DNA of 64,000 bases from Eledone cirrhosa (lineage: Eukaryota): assembly GCA_964016885.1 (NCBI GenBank), contig OZ024740.1, forward strand, positions 55,490,001 through 55,554,000, in the 5' to 3' direction. The notes beneath the pieces are model-generated. The model ran no database searches. It was not told where the DNA came from and saw only the letters and a list, made by a program, of their open reading frames with translations. Each line of letters starts with the position of its first letter. Within the stretch, counting starts at the first letter, position 1. The translations under genes were made by a program, and so were the position numbers. This document shows, piece by piece, positions 1 through 13,570 of the stretch.

Positions 1-60
1 ACTTTGCAAATAAGGTATACATTTTACTTGAACTAATATTTTACTGTTACATATTTAGCT

Positions 61-99
<39 letters not shown>

Positions 100-115
100 A
101 ACTATCTCTCTCTCG

Positions 116-170
<55 letters not shown>

Positions 171-181
171 ATAGTTACATT

Positions 182-228
<47 letters not shown>

Positions 229-237
229 GCACACACA

Positions 238-296
<59 letters not shown>
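61..296. repeat. Compound microsatellite (TA)n/(TG)n/(CT)n/(GA)n/(CA)n
   Basis: Directly visible dinucleotide runs; explains the low-complexity ORFs 47-274 and 86-298. Confidence 0.95.
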
Positions 297-418
297 GAAA
301 AAAGTCGGGACCCCGACGACTGAGCTCCGGCCGTTTCGACAGCTAGATCCGAACTAAGCCACCAGTGGCTGTCGAAAAGGCCGGAGCTCTGACGTCAGAG
401 TCCTGACTCTTTTCATAT
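293..418. repeat. Imperfect ~55 bp inverted repeat (hairpin) in a short element between (TA)n runs
   Basis: ATGAAAAAAGTCGGGACCCCGACGACTGAGCTCCGGCCGTTTCGACAGC pairs with GCTGTCGAAAAGGCCGGAGCTCTGACGTCAGAGTCCTGACTCTTTTCAT. Confidence 0.75.
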
Positions 419-554
419 TACCCACTCTACTACACTAAGTATTGAGAACTCTGGTGCGTTATGGTCCACCTAGTATCTTACTACACCGTCCTTGTTATAT
501 ATATATATGTATATATATATAGGAATTTTTAGAGGATTTTCTGATATATCGTCA

Positions 555-759
555 GTCGATCGACTTTCGTCAAATCGGACCGAGGAAACAATGTTTCCAT
601 AGGTATTTCCATTTGCTAATACTATCTATCGGTCGCAACTCCAGGTAGAAGGAGCAACGTGAAATAAAGCGTCTTGCTCAAGGACATAATGCATCGCCAG
701 GTCCGGGAATCGAACTTACAATCTCACGATCGTGAATCCACTCAGCCACGCGCCTTCAC
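555..759 (-). mobile_element. tRNA-derived SINE, family S1
   Basis: Minus strand has A box TGGCTGAGTGG, B box GTTCGATTCC and TGTCCTTGAGCAAGAC core; same family as 3418-3631. Confidence 0.85.
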
Positions 760-760
760 T

Positions 761-799
<39 letters not shown>

Positions 800-808
<9 letters not shown>

Positions 809-840
809 TAAAAGTTTACATACATATAAACTAGATAGAG

Positions 841-905
<65 letters not shown>

Positions 906-1002
906 ATGTAATGATTCTATGGACTTACGTTTTTATATATTGCTCTGATTGTTAATTATTTAATTAATTCGTCATTGAGCCACACCGTGAATGGTTGCCA
1001 AA

Positions 1003-1051
<49 letters not shown>

Positions 1052-1685
1052 CTCTGTCTAGTTTCTATGTATATAAACTTTTAAATGTTATATACTCCCG
1101 TAAGGTTGAGTAAAACCTTAGGCAGTATTCGGCTTCGCTTACTAGCAACCAGCCTACCCGCCGACTGGCACCAATCACAAGCTTTCTGACTTGACCATGG
1201 CCACCTGACAATTCTTAGCCATGTTGAATTCGTTTCTGGCGGGGATCATTTAAGAAAAATCTTTGTGTAATTGAGTTTATCTCCTGATGAATTCCAAACT
1301 CGTTGATTTATCCAAGATCGCATATATCCAAAAAGTGAATGAAGCTTCCGGGGGTAGAGATAGATTTTGATGATTTTGGTATGTTTATGTACATTTTTTC
1401 ATCTAACTTTGATTTTGTACCTAATTGTGTATGGTTAACTATATATCTAGTCAATTTCTACAGGCTATCAGAACTACTAGGTAAAGTTTGTGTGGCTGTG
1501 AATCTCGGATAAAAAGGTATCATTTATTTATCTATTATTGCTTCATAAGTATATTTTAAACTTATAGCCTCGTTTAAATGTTTTTTTTTGTGTGGTTAAT
1601 TATGCTGATTGGGAGAACAAATACTGTATATATATTCTATCTAATGATTCTATGAACTTACTTTATATATATATATATATATATA

Positions 1686-1771
<86 letters not shown>

Positions 1772-1825
1772 ATGCTTTGGGAGGGTCATGTTGCCAATAC
1801 GTCTTGCTAAACACATTCAAAAACG

Positions 1826-1830
<5 letters not shown>
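800..1830. mobile_element. Rearranged remnant embedded in (TA)n, possibly Penelope-like
   Basis: 800-842 is an inverted copy of 1050-1092; ATGATTCTATG(G/A)ACTTAC repeated at ~911 and ~1645; no intact ORF. Confidence 0.35.
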
Positions 1831-1865
<35 letters not shown>

Positions 1866-2083
1866 TCAGTATACATATGTACATCCACATATGTATACTG
1901 AAATACTAGTATGTATATGAATACACACACGTGTACATATGTAGATGTACCGAGTTTTTCACTGGACACTTTACTGTGAGTGTTCAGCTAGTCTGTATGT
2001 AAACACACAGACAAACCGGTTTTTAGAGTCATACTGGTTTTCGAGGAAACACCTTTCCTCTATTCTACAGAAAGCCAGACAGG

Positions 2084-2128
2084 AATATTGGACTAGTTTC
2101 GATGTTGTTACATCTCATCAGCAATATT
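2084..2128 (-). ncRNA. Minimal type I hammerhead ribozyme (inverted copy)
   Basis: Reverse complement of 2437-2481. Confidence 0.8.
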
Positions 2129-2436
2129 TACCTATCCTCCGGCCTTTCTAGAGAATCGTAAAAGCACATATCGTTATATCAGTATACATATCGGTATTTC
2201 AGTATACATATGTGGATGTACATTTTTAACTTAATTGTTTAAGCGTCAGTCATACAAAAGTGAGTTACAAACGAAACGAAATTTAATTTCGTTTCGTTAT
2301 TTGTTTTTATCGTCTCCGCTGAACCGGTACGTACTCACGCTCTATGCAAATTAGTCTGCCCACTACTAATTTTCATAGAAAAAGCATATAACGATATGTG
2401 CTTTTACGATTCTCTAGAAAGGCCGGAGGATAGGTA

Positions 2437-2481
2437 AATATTGCTGATGAGATGTAACAACATCGAAACTAGTCCAATATT
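2437..2481 (+). ncRNA. Minimal type I hammerhead ribozyme
   Basis: AATATTG-CTGATGA-GATGT(AACA)ACATC-GAAA-CTAGTC-CAATATT: stem I, core, stem II, GAAA, palindromic ACTAGT stem III, GUC cleavage triplet ending at 2474. Confidence 0.85.
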
Positions 2482-3103
2482 CCTGTCTGGCTTTCTGGAG
2501 AATAGAGGAAAGGTGTTTCCTCGAAAACCAGTATGACTCTAAAAACCGGTTTGTCTGTGTGTTTACATACAGACTAGCTGAACACTCACAGTAAAGTGTC
2601 CAGTGAAAAACTCGGTACATCTACATATGTACACGTGTGTGTATTCATATGCATACTAGTATTTCAGTATACATATGTGGATGTACATTTTTAACTTAAT
2701 TGTTTAAGCGTCAGTCATACAAAAGTGAGTTACAAACGAAACGAAATTTAATTTCGTTTCGTTATTTGTTTTTATATATATATACATATACATATTTATA
2801 TATAACAAACCTGGACCCTAGGAATTGATGGTAAAATCCAGTACAGGGTTTCTGTGACACCTAAATCAATAATACTGTCTGCTTAAAACAATAAGCTTTT
2901 TGTTTAATGATCGAACGAGGAATATCACGTTATCAACAGGTATTTTTTCTGCAGCAGTGTTGTGGATGACACAGTGTTTTGTAAAAGCTCATGTGTAACT
3001 CACAGGGGAAAAACCCCAGACTTTGGCAAATGAATTCAGTATGTATAAATCCATGCAAAAAATTGCATAAATATCACAAATCGAATAAGCTCTCGACCGG
3101 GTA

Positions 3104-3631
<528 letters not shown>

Positions 3632-4926
3632 TTCCTCTTCCATATATATATATATATATACCCATACCCACACATAATACATATATATCCATTAATGAAT
3701 GGCGTTGACTAACATAATTTCCTCTACCCTTTGACGGATTTTGCTTTTCGTCCTGCAGGATGTCCACTAATCACACTCCGACGTTGCCGATTTAGGCACC
3801 GACGACACAACCATGCAACATGAACCTGAATAATCCCTAAACAAACACTGTCAGCATTTATTGTTGGAGAACTTGAACAATGTAGAAATTGATAAAATAT
3901 TCTGCAAAGTCTCGTAATTGATTGCTATACCTGGAGTTCAATATGAGGTCTGAAAACATTTGAGCAAAAGGGCATAATGCAGAAAAATAAGAAAACAACA
4001 GCCAGTAAGGGAACATGTAATTAATGGAAATGTTTCTACTTGTACAGTAGATGGCTATATCTAATTATTAGAGGCTAGACACTCACTACTGACTACAGAA
4101 CACACATACAAGTTCACCCTCTTCTATACTATATATTCCACAAGATCTGCATATTATCAGGAAGTCGAAAGAGACATTTCGTAGTTAATTAAAATCAAAC
4201 AGGGAAGTTCAAGCAGCACCAAAAAAGACGTGCAATTTATGTTGAAATATTTTTTTCAATATGTCTGGCCTAAAAAGCCACAAAAGATCTCATGCTAAAA
4301 CTGAGCACCACATACTCTTAACTGATCATGCTTTGTATTGAGCTGGCTAACAATGTATGTATATAGGTATGTCGGACCTAAAACCTTTATTCTACTTTTA
4401 AGCTGAGCCATAATATACAGCTCCATAAGTAAATGAGGCTAATCAGCCCATCTATATAGACGAAAAACTATATATTTTCGCCAGTTTCAAGTTCCAGCAG
4501 AGAGAGAGAGAGAGAGAGAGAGAGCAAGGGATGCACTATCCTGATGACTGCCACAGCCAGAAATGTATATTGGCAGATATCATCCTCTGCTTGTACTGGA
4601 GTTCGTTAGACAGCGCTAACCGTCAGCTTTTGAATATTTATAGTTGGACGGCTTTCCAAATGTTTATTTATTAAACATACCGAATATTATACGATATATG
4701 AAATTCACATACTTGTATGTATACAGCTATGTCGGAGCTAAATTTTGAATTATATATATATAGGAAACAACCAAACACACACACACAGACACACATTCAC
4801 ACACACACACACACACACAATCACACCATCACACAATCACACACACAGACACACATACACACACACACACACAATCACACACACACACACAATCACACAC
4901 ACACATATATATATATATATATTTCT

Positions 4927-5120
4927 AAGGAGCATGGGATGGTGATAAGAGATTTGTGTTCAAAATTGTGAGGTTGTGAGTTCCAATCTCAGACCGGATG
5001 TTGAGATACGCCCTTAAGCAAGACTCTATATTTCATGTTGTTCTATTTAACCTAGCTGTAGCAATGAGTTGCGACGTCACTGGCATCAAACTGTTTTGGT
5101 CTTAGCCTTTACATCGGACT
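4927..5120 (+). mobile_element. Degenerate tRNA-derived SINE (S1-like head)
   Basis: GAGGTTGTGAGTTCCAATC...CTTAAGCAAGACTCTATATTTCATGTTG resembles S1 head and core. Confidence 0.55.
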
Positions 5121-5589
5121 ATATTACTTACATACTGGGGGACTGGTATGTATTTCCAGGGCTTTTGCCGCGGTGGGAAACATTGTAGATTCAAAACCCA
5201 TAATCATAAGTAATCGAAGTGCGTCTTCACGCTATACCATATATATATATTTCGAGGAGAGACTGATGATGAAGATGGGATAATTGAACCAACGAACCGA
5301 CCTAGAATAACATAATGTTAGTATGTGCTGTAGATTGCTAATAGCTATAGATTTGAACACACAGAATCGAAGAAGATATCATATACCAAGCATATCTAAC
5401 GACTTTTCGATTACAGAGTCAGGTTTGATCGGCAATAGGTCTTGCCTCGAGCTGATCGACAGTGAAACGTATGTAATAAGTTATTAAATATGCTATGATG
5501 CAACACTGAATCCTTGTTCCTTATCCTTACATATATATATATATGTGTGTATGTGTGTGTGTGTATGTGTGTTAATCATAATATTGGTA

Positions 5590-5752
5590 TATAATTTAGT
5601 CACAAGACCAGGGGAGGTAGACGTCACTGTATTTATTGACTTTCGAAGAATGAAGGACGTATATGTTCTCAAGGGGATATGAACTCATAATGTTGAGACC
5701 GGTAGAAGGATCTGAAAGCATTTTGTCCGATGATCTATGATTCTGACATACC
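5590..5752 (-). mobile_element. Degenerate SINE, S2-like
   Basis: TTTAGTCACAAGACCAG...TATTGACTTTCGAAGAATGAAGG...TGAACTCATAATG resembles 17415-17603. Confidence 0.45.
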
Positions 5753-5998
5753 ACTAACCTTATAGAACTAAATAATAAAACTCAGTCGTTATACGACAAC
5801 CACTTTGTTCATCAGGAACTCCTAAGGGCTTATGACCCAAGATTGGAGAATGTCAGCGTATACAAGTAAATAATAGCATGAAATTTACTCTCGGCATATA
5901 TCCATGTATATGTGTATGAATGTATTTTGTATACATACATACACAAATACCTACCATAAAGGCAACATCTATCTATCTAATTATCTACCCCCCCCCCC

Positions 5999-6084
<86 letters not shown>

Positions 6085-6430
6085 ATTATATATATGGGTG
6101 TGTGTGCATTCCAAAAGACATGAAATATATATATATATATCAGAATTGGGAACTGGTACAAAAACTCAGCGCTCTTCGGCTGTCGAAATAAACATACTGA
6201 ATTTCGACCTCTACCGACTCTATTGCTGATTCATTTGGGGCCATACATATTTGTGTACGCGTAATTGTGTCGGTGTGCGTGAACTAATGTTTCGTTCATT
6301 ACCATCTTCTGAAAAACCAATTAATTGTTTCACTGCATTTCCAATGGCATGAGCCACAGGTATCCGTATGTAAATTAATATCTATTGAATTTCCTAAAAA
6401 TATTTTTTCGTGGATATCTCGACAGCACCT

Positions 6431-6492
6431 TTCACTGATAACCTTCACCGATAACCTTCACCGATAACCTTCACCGATAACCTTCACCGATA
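6431..6492. repeat. 13-bp minisatellite (GATAACCTTCACC) x ~4.5
   Basis: Directly visible tandem copies. Confidence 0.9.
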
Positions 6493-6767
6493 TGCATCAT
6501 CGAAAGAAATACGCACACAAACATAAATTAATTTGATATGTATAAATCTAAATTTTTGTCTCAATGTTTATATTATTGTTATTGTATTTTATTTTGGGTA
6601 ATATTAATATTTAGAATTTAGCTCTGGTATATTATATTTCATAAAATTTAATTCGTTTTGGTAGATTGTTTTCTTGACTTTTTAATATTCTTATTGTCAG
6701 TGCTAAACATATTTTCGAACGGAGTTGTGTCTGCCCGTATGTATATATGTGTGTGGATCTAGGAGTG

Positions 6768-6800
<33 letters not shown>

Positions 6801-6997
6801 ATTTATATACGTATACACACGTGCGCACACAGAGTGAGACAGAGAGAGTGAGAGGGGAGAGAGAGAGAGGCAAACACACACACACATATATATATATGTA
6901 TGCTCACTTTGGTGAACTAAAAGTAACTTGTGACAAACCATACACTATCTCTCTCTCTCTCTCCCCCTCTCTCTCTCTCCCTCTCTTTATATATATT

Positions 6998-7091
<94 letters not shown>

Positions 7092-7467
7092 TAGGAGGAG
7101 AAAGCAATGTAGAGAGAGAAAGATGGAGTGAGGGGGACTTCAGAGTAATTGAGAGGCTTCAATTTAAACCATACCTCAACCAAATACATATAAGCTCCCA
7201 AATGAGGTTGATAGTAATTAATAATGGATGGCGTAAGGAAGGTTATCAAGGCGAGAACTAGAGATCTGGAAAATACGCAACGTTTTTATACGTGTACACT
7301 ATATATGTGTACACTATATATGTGTACACATATATATGTGTACACGTATATATGTGTACAGATAGACACGTATATTTGCATGTATATCATCAGTATTGTA
7401 ATACTTTCATTGATTCACACATACTTCCATTTACTCATGAGCAAAAACAACACACAAAAACACACAT

Positions 7468-7565
<98 letters not shown>

Positions 7566-7699
7566 TTATATATGTATATATATATTTATATATGTATATA
7601 TATATATATGTCTGTCTATATTTATATATATACATATATATATATATACATATATAAATATATATATATACATACCTCGTATATATACATACATACATA

Positions 7700-7740
<41 letters not shown>

Positions 7741-7746
<6 letters not shown>

Positions 7747-8787
7747 ATTATTTTTTGTTTTTGTTTCTGATATTTTTATTAATATATTGAAATCTGTTCT
7801 CTATTTCTGCTTGATAGATAATCATGTAGAGTAAAGACAAGAATAGTATTGTTAAAATTAATATAGACTCTATATATATGTGTGTATATATACACATATA
7901 TGTATACTTAAATTTTTATAGCACAATGAGAATGTTCTCCGTGTGAAATAGGGGTTTGCAGAGTTGATCACGTAAATTCACATCGATGTTTGTAGTTATC
8001 ATATAAACATATGAATTTTTAAAACTAGACATAAGATCATTACTTTTCACACATTATAGATACGTGTCTCATTCAGGAATACTTATATTTACATTATAGT
8101 GCCGGTTTTTATACGAACTAATATTTCTACATTAAAACATAGGGTTTTTAAATTCTGCCTCGCCTATGTCTGGTTACTTTTCATTTTTCTCTCTATATAA
8201 CGGCTGGTTTCTTTCTTTCCTAACCACATATATCTCCCTTACATTAATACTAGAGCTAAATAAATAAATAAATAAATAAATGTATCATTGATACGTCGTT
8301 CAACTACCTACTTTTTTTCTCTATATATATCTATCTCTATCTATTTCCTCTCTCTATATATCTCTCTCTGTTTCTTTACATGAAGTTCTTCTCTTTATCT
8401 ATCTTTCCATCTCTCTATTTTGTTGCATGCATTTCTTCTTTTTCTTCTTTTTCTTCGTTTTCTTTCTTTCTTTCCTTCTTTCTTTCTTTCTTTCTGTTTA
8501 CAATTTTTCACTGCCAAATCAACTTTTTCAAATACAAGTCGATGTTGAACGGTATGTCAAATCTATTTATCTATAAAACTGTCTATATTGTATTTTGTCT
8601 GAAGAAGGCATAACATATTGTTAATATGATATCCCTGAAATATATATAATGAAATAAATATGGTTTTATAAATATAGTTTCCATTTATTTAATATCGTAA
8701 ATATACTCCAAATACTTGTTGAGTGCTTTTATATCAGTTATAAATATTTACTAGTTGTAACCCAACAATTTAAATATAACTTTCCAT
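7741..8787 (+). repeat. 5' pseudo-LTR of the Penelope-like element
   Basis: Near-identical to 11520-12559; both end ATAACTTTCCAT. Confidence 0.9.
8591..8656 (+). ncRNA. Hammerhead ribozyme in 5' pseudo-LTR
   Basis: TATTTTGT-CTGAAGA-AGG...CCT-GAAA-TATATATA-ATGAAATA; stem I with G-U pairs, self-complementary stem III. Confidence 0.7.
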
Positions 8788-8834
8788 GTATCTTGCTGCA
8801 ATAATGTTGAGCGCTTTATATTATAACTGAAAAA

Positions 8835-11038
8835 ATGGAATTCTTTAAGATTACTTCCTCTTTAAAAGACATACCTCTACCTAGAATCAAAGACTTTATA
8901 AAACAATTAATAGATAAATCTGACTCTTTTATAAGGAGAATCAGGTGGCGAGCATTCCACTTTGATAAATCTAATATAAATGAAAATGTCTCGGACTTAA
9001 ACAAAGTTTTCAAATCTAAAAGAAATCCACCCCTAACAAACTTTTATCTGACTTTGAAAACGATATAATTTCTATCATACAAGGGGTCAAATTCAAGAGA
9101 AACTTCAAAGGCCAGGAATATCTGAAAGGCATTAAGGATAATATTGAGAGCTTAGAGAAAACTGAGAAGATCTTGGTGAAATCTGACAAGACCAACAACC
9201 TCTATGGAGTGCAGCATAATGGCCTCATACTGAAGGAACTGAGGAAAAAGTACAAGGTAGCAGATAAGGCCGAGCTTGAGAAAATGAATGTTGAAGCATC
9301 TTGTATAATGCACGAGTTGGAAATTGAGAACAGAACACAACCTTTCGTGCCCAGGAAACCGAAGATCAATATGAAAGATCACAAAAGGAATTTTGAAAAT
9401 GACTTGCCAGTTAGATTGATCGCACCATCAAAATCGGACCTGGGCAAATTAAGCAAAAACATTCTTGACAGGGTGATACAGCAAATTAAAAACTTGGATT
9501 GTTTACCTAACCTGAGCTTGTGGAAGGGAACTGGAGAGGTTGTTGAGTGGTTTAAGCAAATTAAATATAACAATAATAATAAGTTTATTCAACTTGATAT
9601 TGCTAACTATTATTCTTCTATTACCCCTAATCTACTAAAAAAGGCACTAAATTACGCATTCAAACATACAGACCTAACTAGCAATGAAATGCACATTATA
9701 TTATCGGCTAGGAAAACATTGATAGAATTTAATGACCAACTATGGACCAGAGCAGATAGAGATAGCAATTTTGACATTACTATGGGATCATCCGACTCAG
9801 CTCAGGTAACTGACCTTGTGGGCTTATTTTTAATCAATTCGCTACATAGGAAAATACCTGGTACTGCCGGAGGTTTATATAGAGATGACATGCTTTTACT
9901 TATTGATAATAATAACTCTGAACTAAATAGAAAAAGAAAACAAATTACACAATTTTTTAATTACTTTAATCTAAAAATAGAAATTGAGAACAACCATAGA
10001 ATAGTCAATTTCCTAGATATAACATTAAATCTCAACACATGTCTTCACTATCCATTTCACAAGTTGAATGAAAACTTAAACTATGTCAGCTTTAACTCTA
10101 ACCACCCCAGATCTGTCAAAAACACTATAGTAAACTCTGTTCAAAAACGTATCTCTAGAATTTCGTCTAATAGAAAGATTTTCGACGAAAAAGCCCAGTA
10201 CTACAATGAAGCGTTAGCTAGAGCAGGATATAGTGATAAGATTATGTACATAGATAATGATAGACAAACTAAACAAAATAACAACTATTTTAATTACGGC
10301 CACAACCTTAACAACTATAATAGAAAGCATTACAATAATTCCAAAAGCCAAAAAAGAAATAGAACTAGGAACATAATATGGTTTGCCCCCCCTTTCTCAC
10401 TAAACATTAAAACCCACATCGCTAAACTATTTTTTAAAGCTCTTGATAATCGCTTCCCTAGAACACATAGGTATCACTCAATTTTCAATAGACATACTAT
10501 AAAATTAACCTACTCATCCACCAAAAATTTAGCACAAAATATTAATAGAATAAATAATAGGAACTTAAAACCTAGCGATAATAGCATAAATAATATACAA
10601 GTAAACAAATGTAACTGTAGAGATAGATCTAAATGTCCGTTAAATAACAACTGCTTAGTTAAAAATATAATATACAACTGTAATGTTAAAACGGACTCTA
10701 ATTCTTTTAACTACGTCGGTTCCACATCGACGGAATTTAAACTTCGCTATAATAACCACAAGAATTTTTTCACAGATGCAAGCAAAAAATCTTCAACAGC
10801 ACTATCAGGCGTACTCTGGCAACTTAGGCAAGATAACGTTAGATATTCGACGGCTTGGAATATAGTCTCAAGAGGGATTCCTTTTAATTCATCCTCTGAG
10901 ACATGTGACCTCTGCGCGGAGGAGATATTCTTTATACTAAAATCTAAAAATTCCCTTAATCTACGGACAAATTTATTCAGTTGCTGCAAACATAGATTGA
11001 ACTCAACTTTTAAATATAAATTTAAATTTAAAATGTAG
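8835..11038 (+). pseudogene. Penelope-like RT + GIY-YIG endonuclease ORF with one frameshift at ~9030
   Basis: ORFs 8835-9068 and 9173-11038 join through a C-run frameshift. RT motifs LDIANYYSSI, ITMGS, YRDD, FLDITL; CNCRDRSKC (CxCx5C), IIY..YVG, RYNNH, CDLC..E..LN..CCKH. Confidence 0.88.
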
Positions 11039-11519
11039 TATATTTAGTTTGATTTGTAATTATTTGGGAAACTAGCCGATAAATCTTTCGATTTCTTCTT
11101 TTTATTCTTCTTTTTATTTTTATTTTTATTTTAAACATTCTTCATGAAAAATTAAACTACCCTAAAAGTTGATGCTCCAAATATATCGAATAAACGTTAC
11201 ACTAGATAAACTTCTATATTAAATATAAGAACATATGTAGACCAAATGGGCATCCTAAACTTTTGAAATGATTTCTGCTAGACGCGATTTGGTAAATAAT
11301 TTCTAGCTTTATCTGTTTTCGACTCTGATGCTTATAATGAACTTGGCAATATATTGTCAATTAATTTTGAAGGGTTGATCTTTGTGGTCGATTTGCGTGG
11401 CATATTATGTTTTTATTTTTATTATTTTAATATTTTTTAATATTTTTAATATTTTCATTTTTAATATGTAATATTTTTTAGTTTTCTATTTTATTTATTT
11501 GTTTATTATTATTATTATT

Positions 11520-12557
11520 ATTATTATTATTTTTTGTTTTTGTTTCTGATATTTTTATTAATATATTGAAATCTGTTCTCTATTTCTGCTTGATAGATAA
11601 TCATGTAGAGTAAAGACAAGAATAGTATTGTTAAAATTAATATAGACTCTATATATATGTGTGTATATATACACATATATGTATACTTAAATTTTTATAG
11701 CACAATGAGAATGTTCTCCGTGTGAAATAGGGGTTTGCAGAGTTGATCACGTAAATTCACATCGATGTTTGTAGTTATCATATAAACATATGAATTTTTA
11801 AAACTAGACATAAGATCATTACTTTTCACACATTATAGATACGTGTCTCATTCAGGAATACTGATATTTACATTATAGTGCCTGGTTTTTATACGAACTA
11901 ATATTTCTACATTAAAACATAGGGTTTTTAAATTCTGCATCGCCTATATCTGGTTACTTTTCATTTTTCTCTCTATATAACGGCTGGTTTCTTTCCTAAC
12001 CACATACATCTCCCTTACATTAATACTAGAGCTAAATAAATAAATAAATAAATAAATGTATCATTGATACGTCGTTCAACTACCTACTTTTTTTCTCTAT
12101 ATATATCTATCTCTATCTATTTCCTCTCTCTATATATCTCTCTCTGTTTCTTTACATGAAGTTCTTCTCTTTATCTATCTTTCCATCTCTCTATTTTGTT
12201 GCATGCATTTCTTCTTTTTCTTCTTTTTCTTCGTTTTCTTTCTTTCTTTCCTTCTTTCTTTCTTTCTGTTTACAATTTTTCACTGCCAAATCAACTTTTT
12301 CAAATACAAGTCGATGTTGAACGGTATGTCAAATCTATTTATCTATAAAACTGTCTATATTGTATTTTGTCTGAAGAAGGCATAACATATTGTTAATATG
12401 ATATCCCTGAAATATATATAATGAAATAAATATGGTTTTATAAATATAGTTTCCATTTATTTAATATCGTAAATATACTCCAAATACTTGTTGAGTGCTT
12501 TTATATCAGTTATAAATATTTACTAGTTGTAACCCAACAATTTAAATATAACTTTCC

Positions 12558-12559
<2 letters not shown>
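11520..12559 (+). repeat. 3' pseudo-LTR of the Penelope-like element
   Basis: Near-identical to 7741-8787, followed directly by (TA)n. Confidence 0.9.
12363..12428 (+). ncRNA. Hammerhead ribozyme in 3' pseudo-LTR
   Basis: Same sequence as 8591-8656. Confidence 0.7.
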
Positions 12560-12650
<91 letters not shown>

Positions 12651-13438
12651 TATATATGTGTGTGTGTGTGTGTGTATTATTTATATGTACGAGTGCGTTT
12701 TTGATCAACATCCGTCTGTGTATTATGAACCAATCAGATAGCATTTAATATGTGTTAAACTAATTCAAATTGTGAACAACAATTATAATTTATTTATTAT
12801 CTAAATCGATCGACCAGTCAAAAATAATAAAAATAAGCTGAAAGGAGAGTAACCAATCAATAAAACTTTCTTCAAAACCAAACAATTTACGTATGTAAAG
12901 CCTTTCTCTCTTTATCCCAGGCAGTTTTGAAAATAGATGGAAGTCTCGAATATCGTTCATTATGAAGTGAGGTCAAAGTGTACATTGGTATTGAATACTA
13001 TCTTCTACCAATGAAATGTCAGCAATTCCCCTTCAGGGAATATGTCAAGAACGATGCCAATGAATGGCTCTGATGTTTAAGTCATGTATATCTGACTCTC
13101 AAGTGCATTCTCATTGATGAAGTGAGTAGTCAGACGCGTTTTACACCAATACTATTATAGTCATTTGTCAAAATTTCTTTTGTAAATTATCAAAGCGAAT
13201 TAAAATTTTTCAGAAGAGAAAATCGTTATCTCCGGATTAATTAAGCAGTGATTTTGGTATTAATGAAAAGAATACTTGTCAATAAATAATAGTCTAATTA
13301 TACAGCAAAGGTTGTGTTACAAATAGGAGAGAACCTGGTGTATTGAAATAGAAGTAAATTAAAAACATATATCTTTAGTAATATAGAGCAGAGTCTTACA
13401 TACACAATACGAACACACACACAAATACACAAACACAT

Positions 13439-13570
<132 letters not shown>

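Larger units (their letters stand above)
1877..2775 (+). mobile_element. Non-coding Penelope-type/retrozyme-like element with inverted 5' copy and terminal direct repeat
   Basis: 1877-2179 is a near-perfect inverted copy of 2386-2688; 2194-2310 directly repeated at 2659-2775; contains hammerhead motifs; flanked by (TA)n. Confidence 0.75.
7741..12559 (+). mobile_element. Penelope-like retroelement with C-terminal GIY-YIG (probably Hydra clade), near full length, inserted in (TA)n
   Basis: ~1.05 kb direct repeats flank an RT-GIY-YIG ORF; (TA)n on both sides; hammerhead motif in each repeat. Confidence 0.9.

Noticed and set aside
1945-2620. Two identical 68-aa ORFs on opposite strands
   Set aside because: Consequence of the inverted repeat; antisense to the hammerhead, no recognisable domain.
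4541-4580. CTGATGA...GAAA possible hammerhead
   Set aside because: Stem II closing pair and stem I do not form convincingly.
5449-5480. CTGATCGA..GAAACGTATGTA hammerhead-like sequence
   Set aside because: Non-canonical core and no stem II.
6431-6492. Short direct repeats as a CRISPR array
   Set aside because: No spacers; plain minisatellite in eukaryotic DNA.
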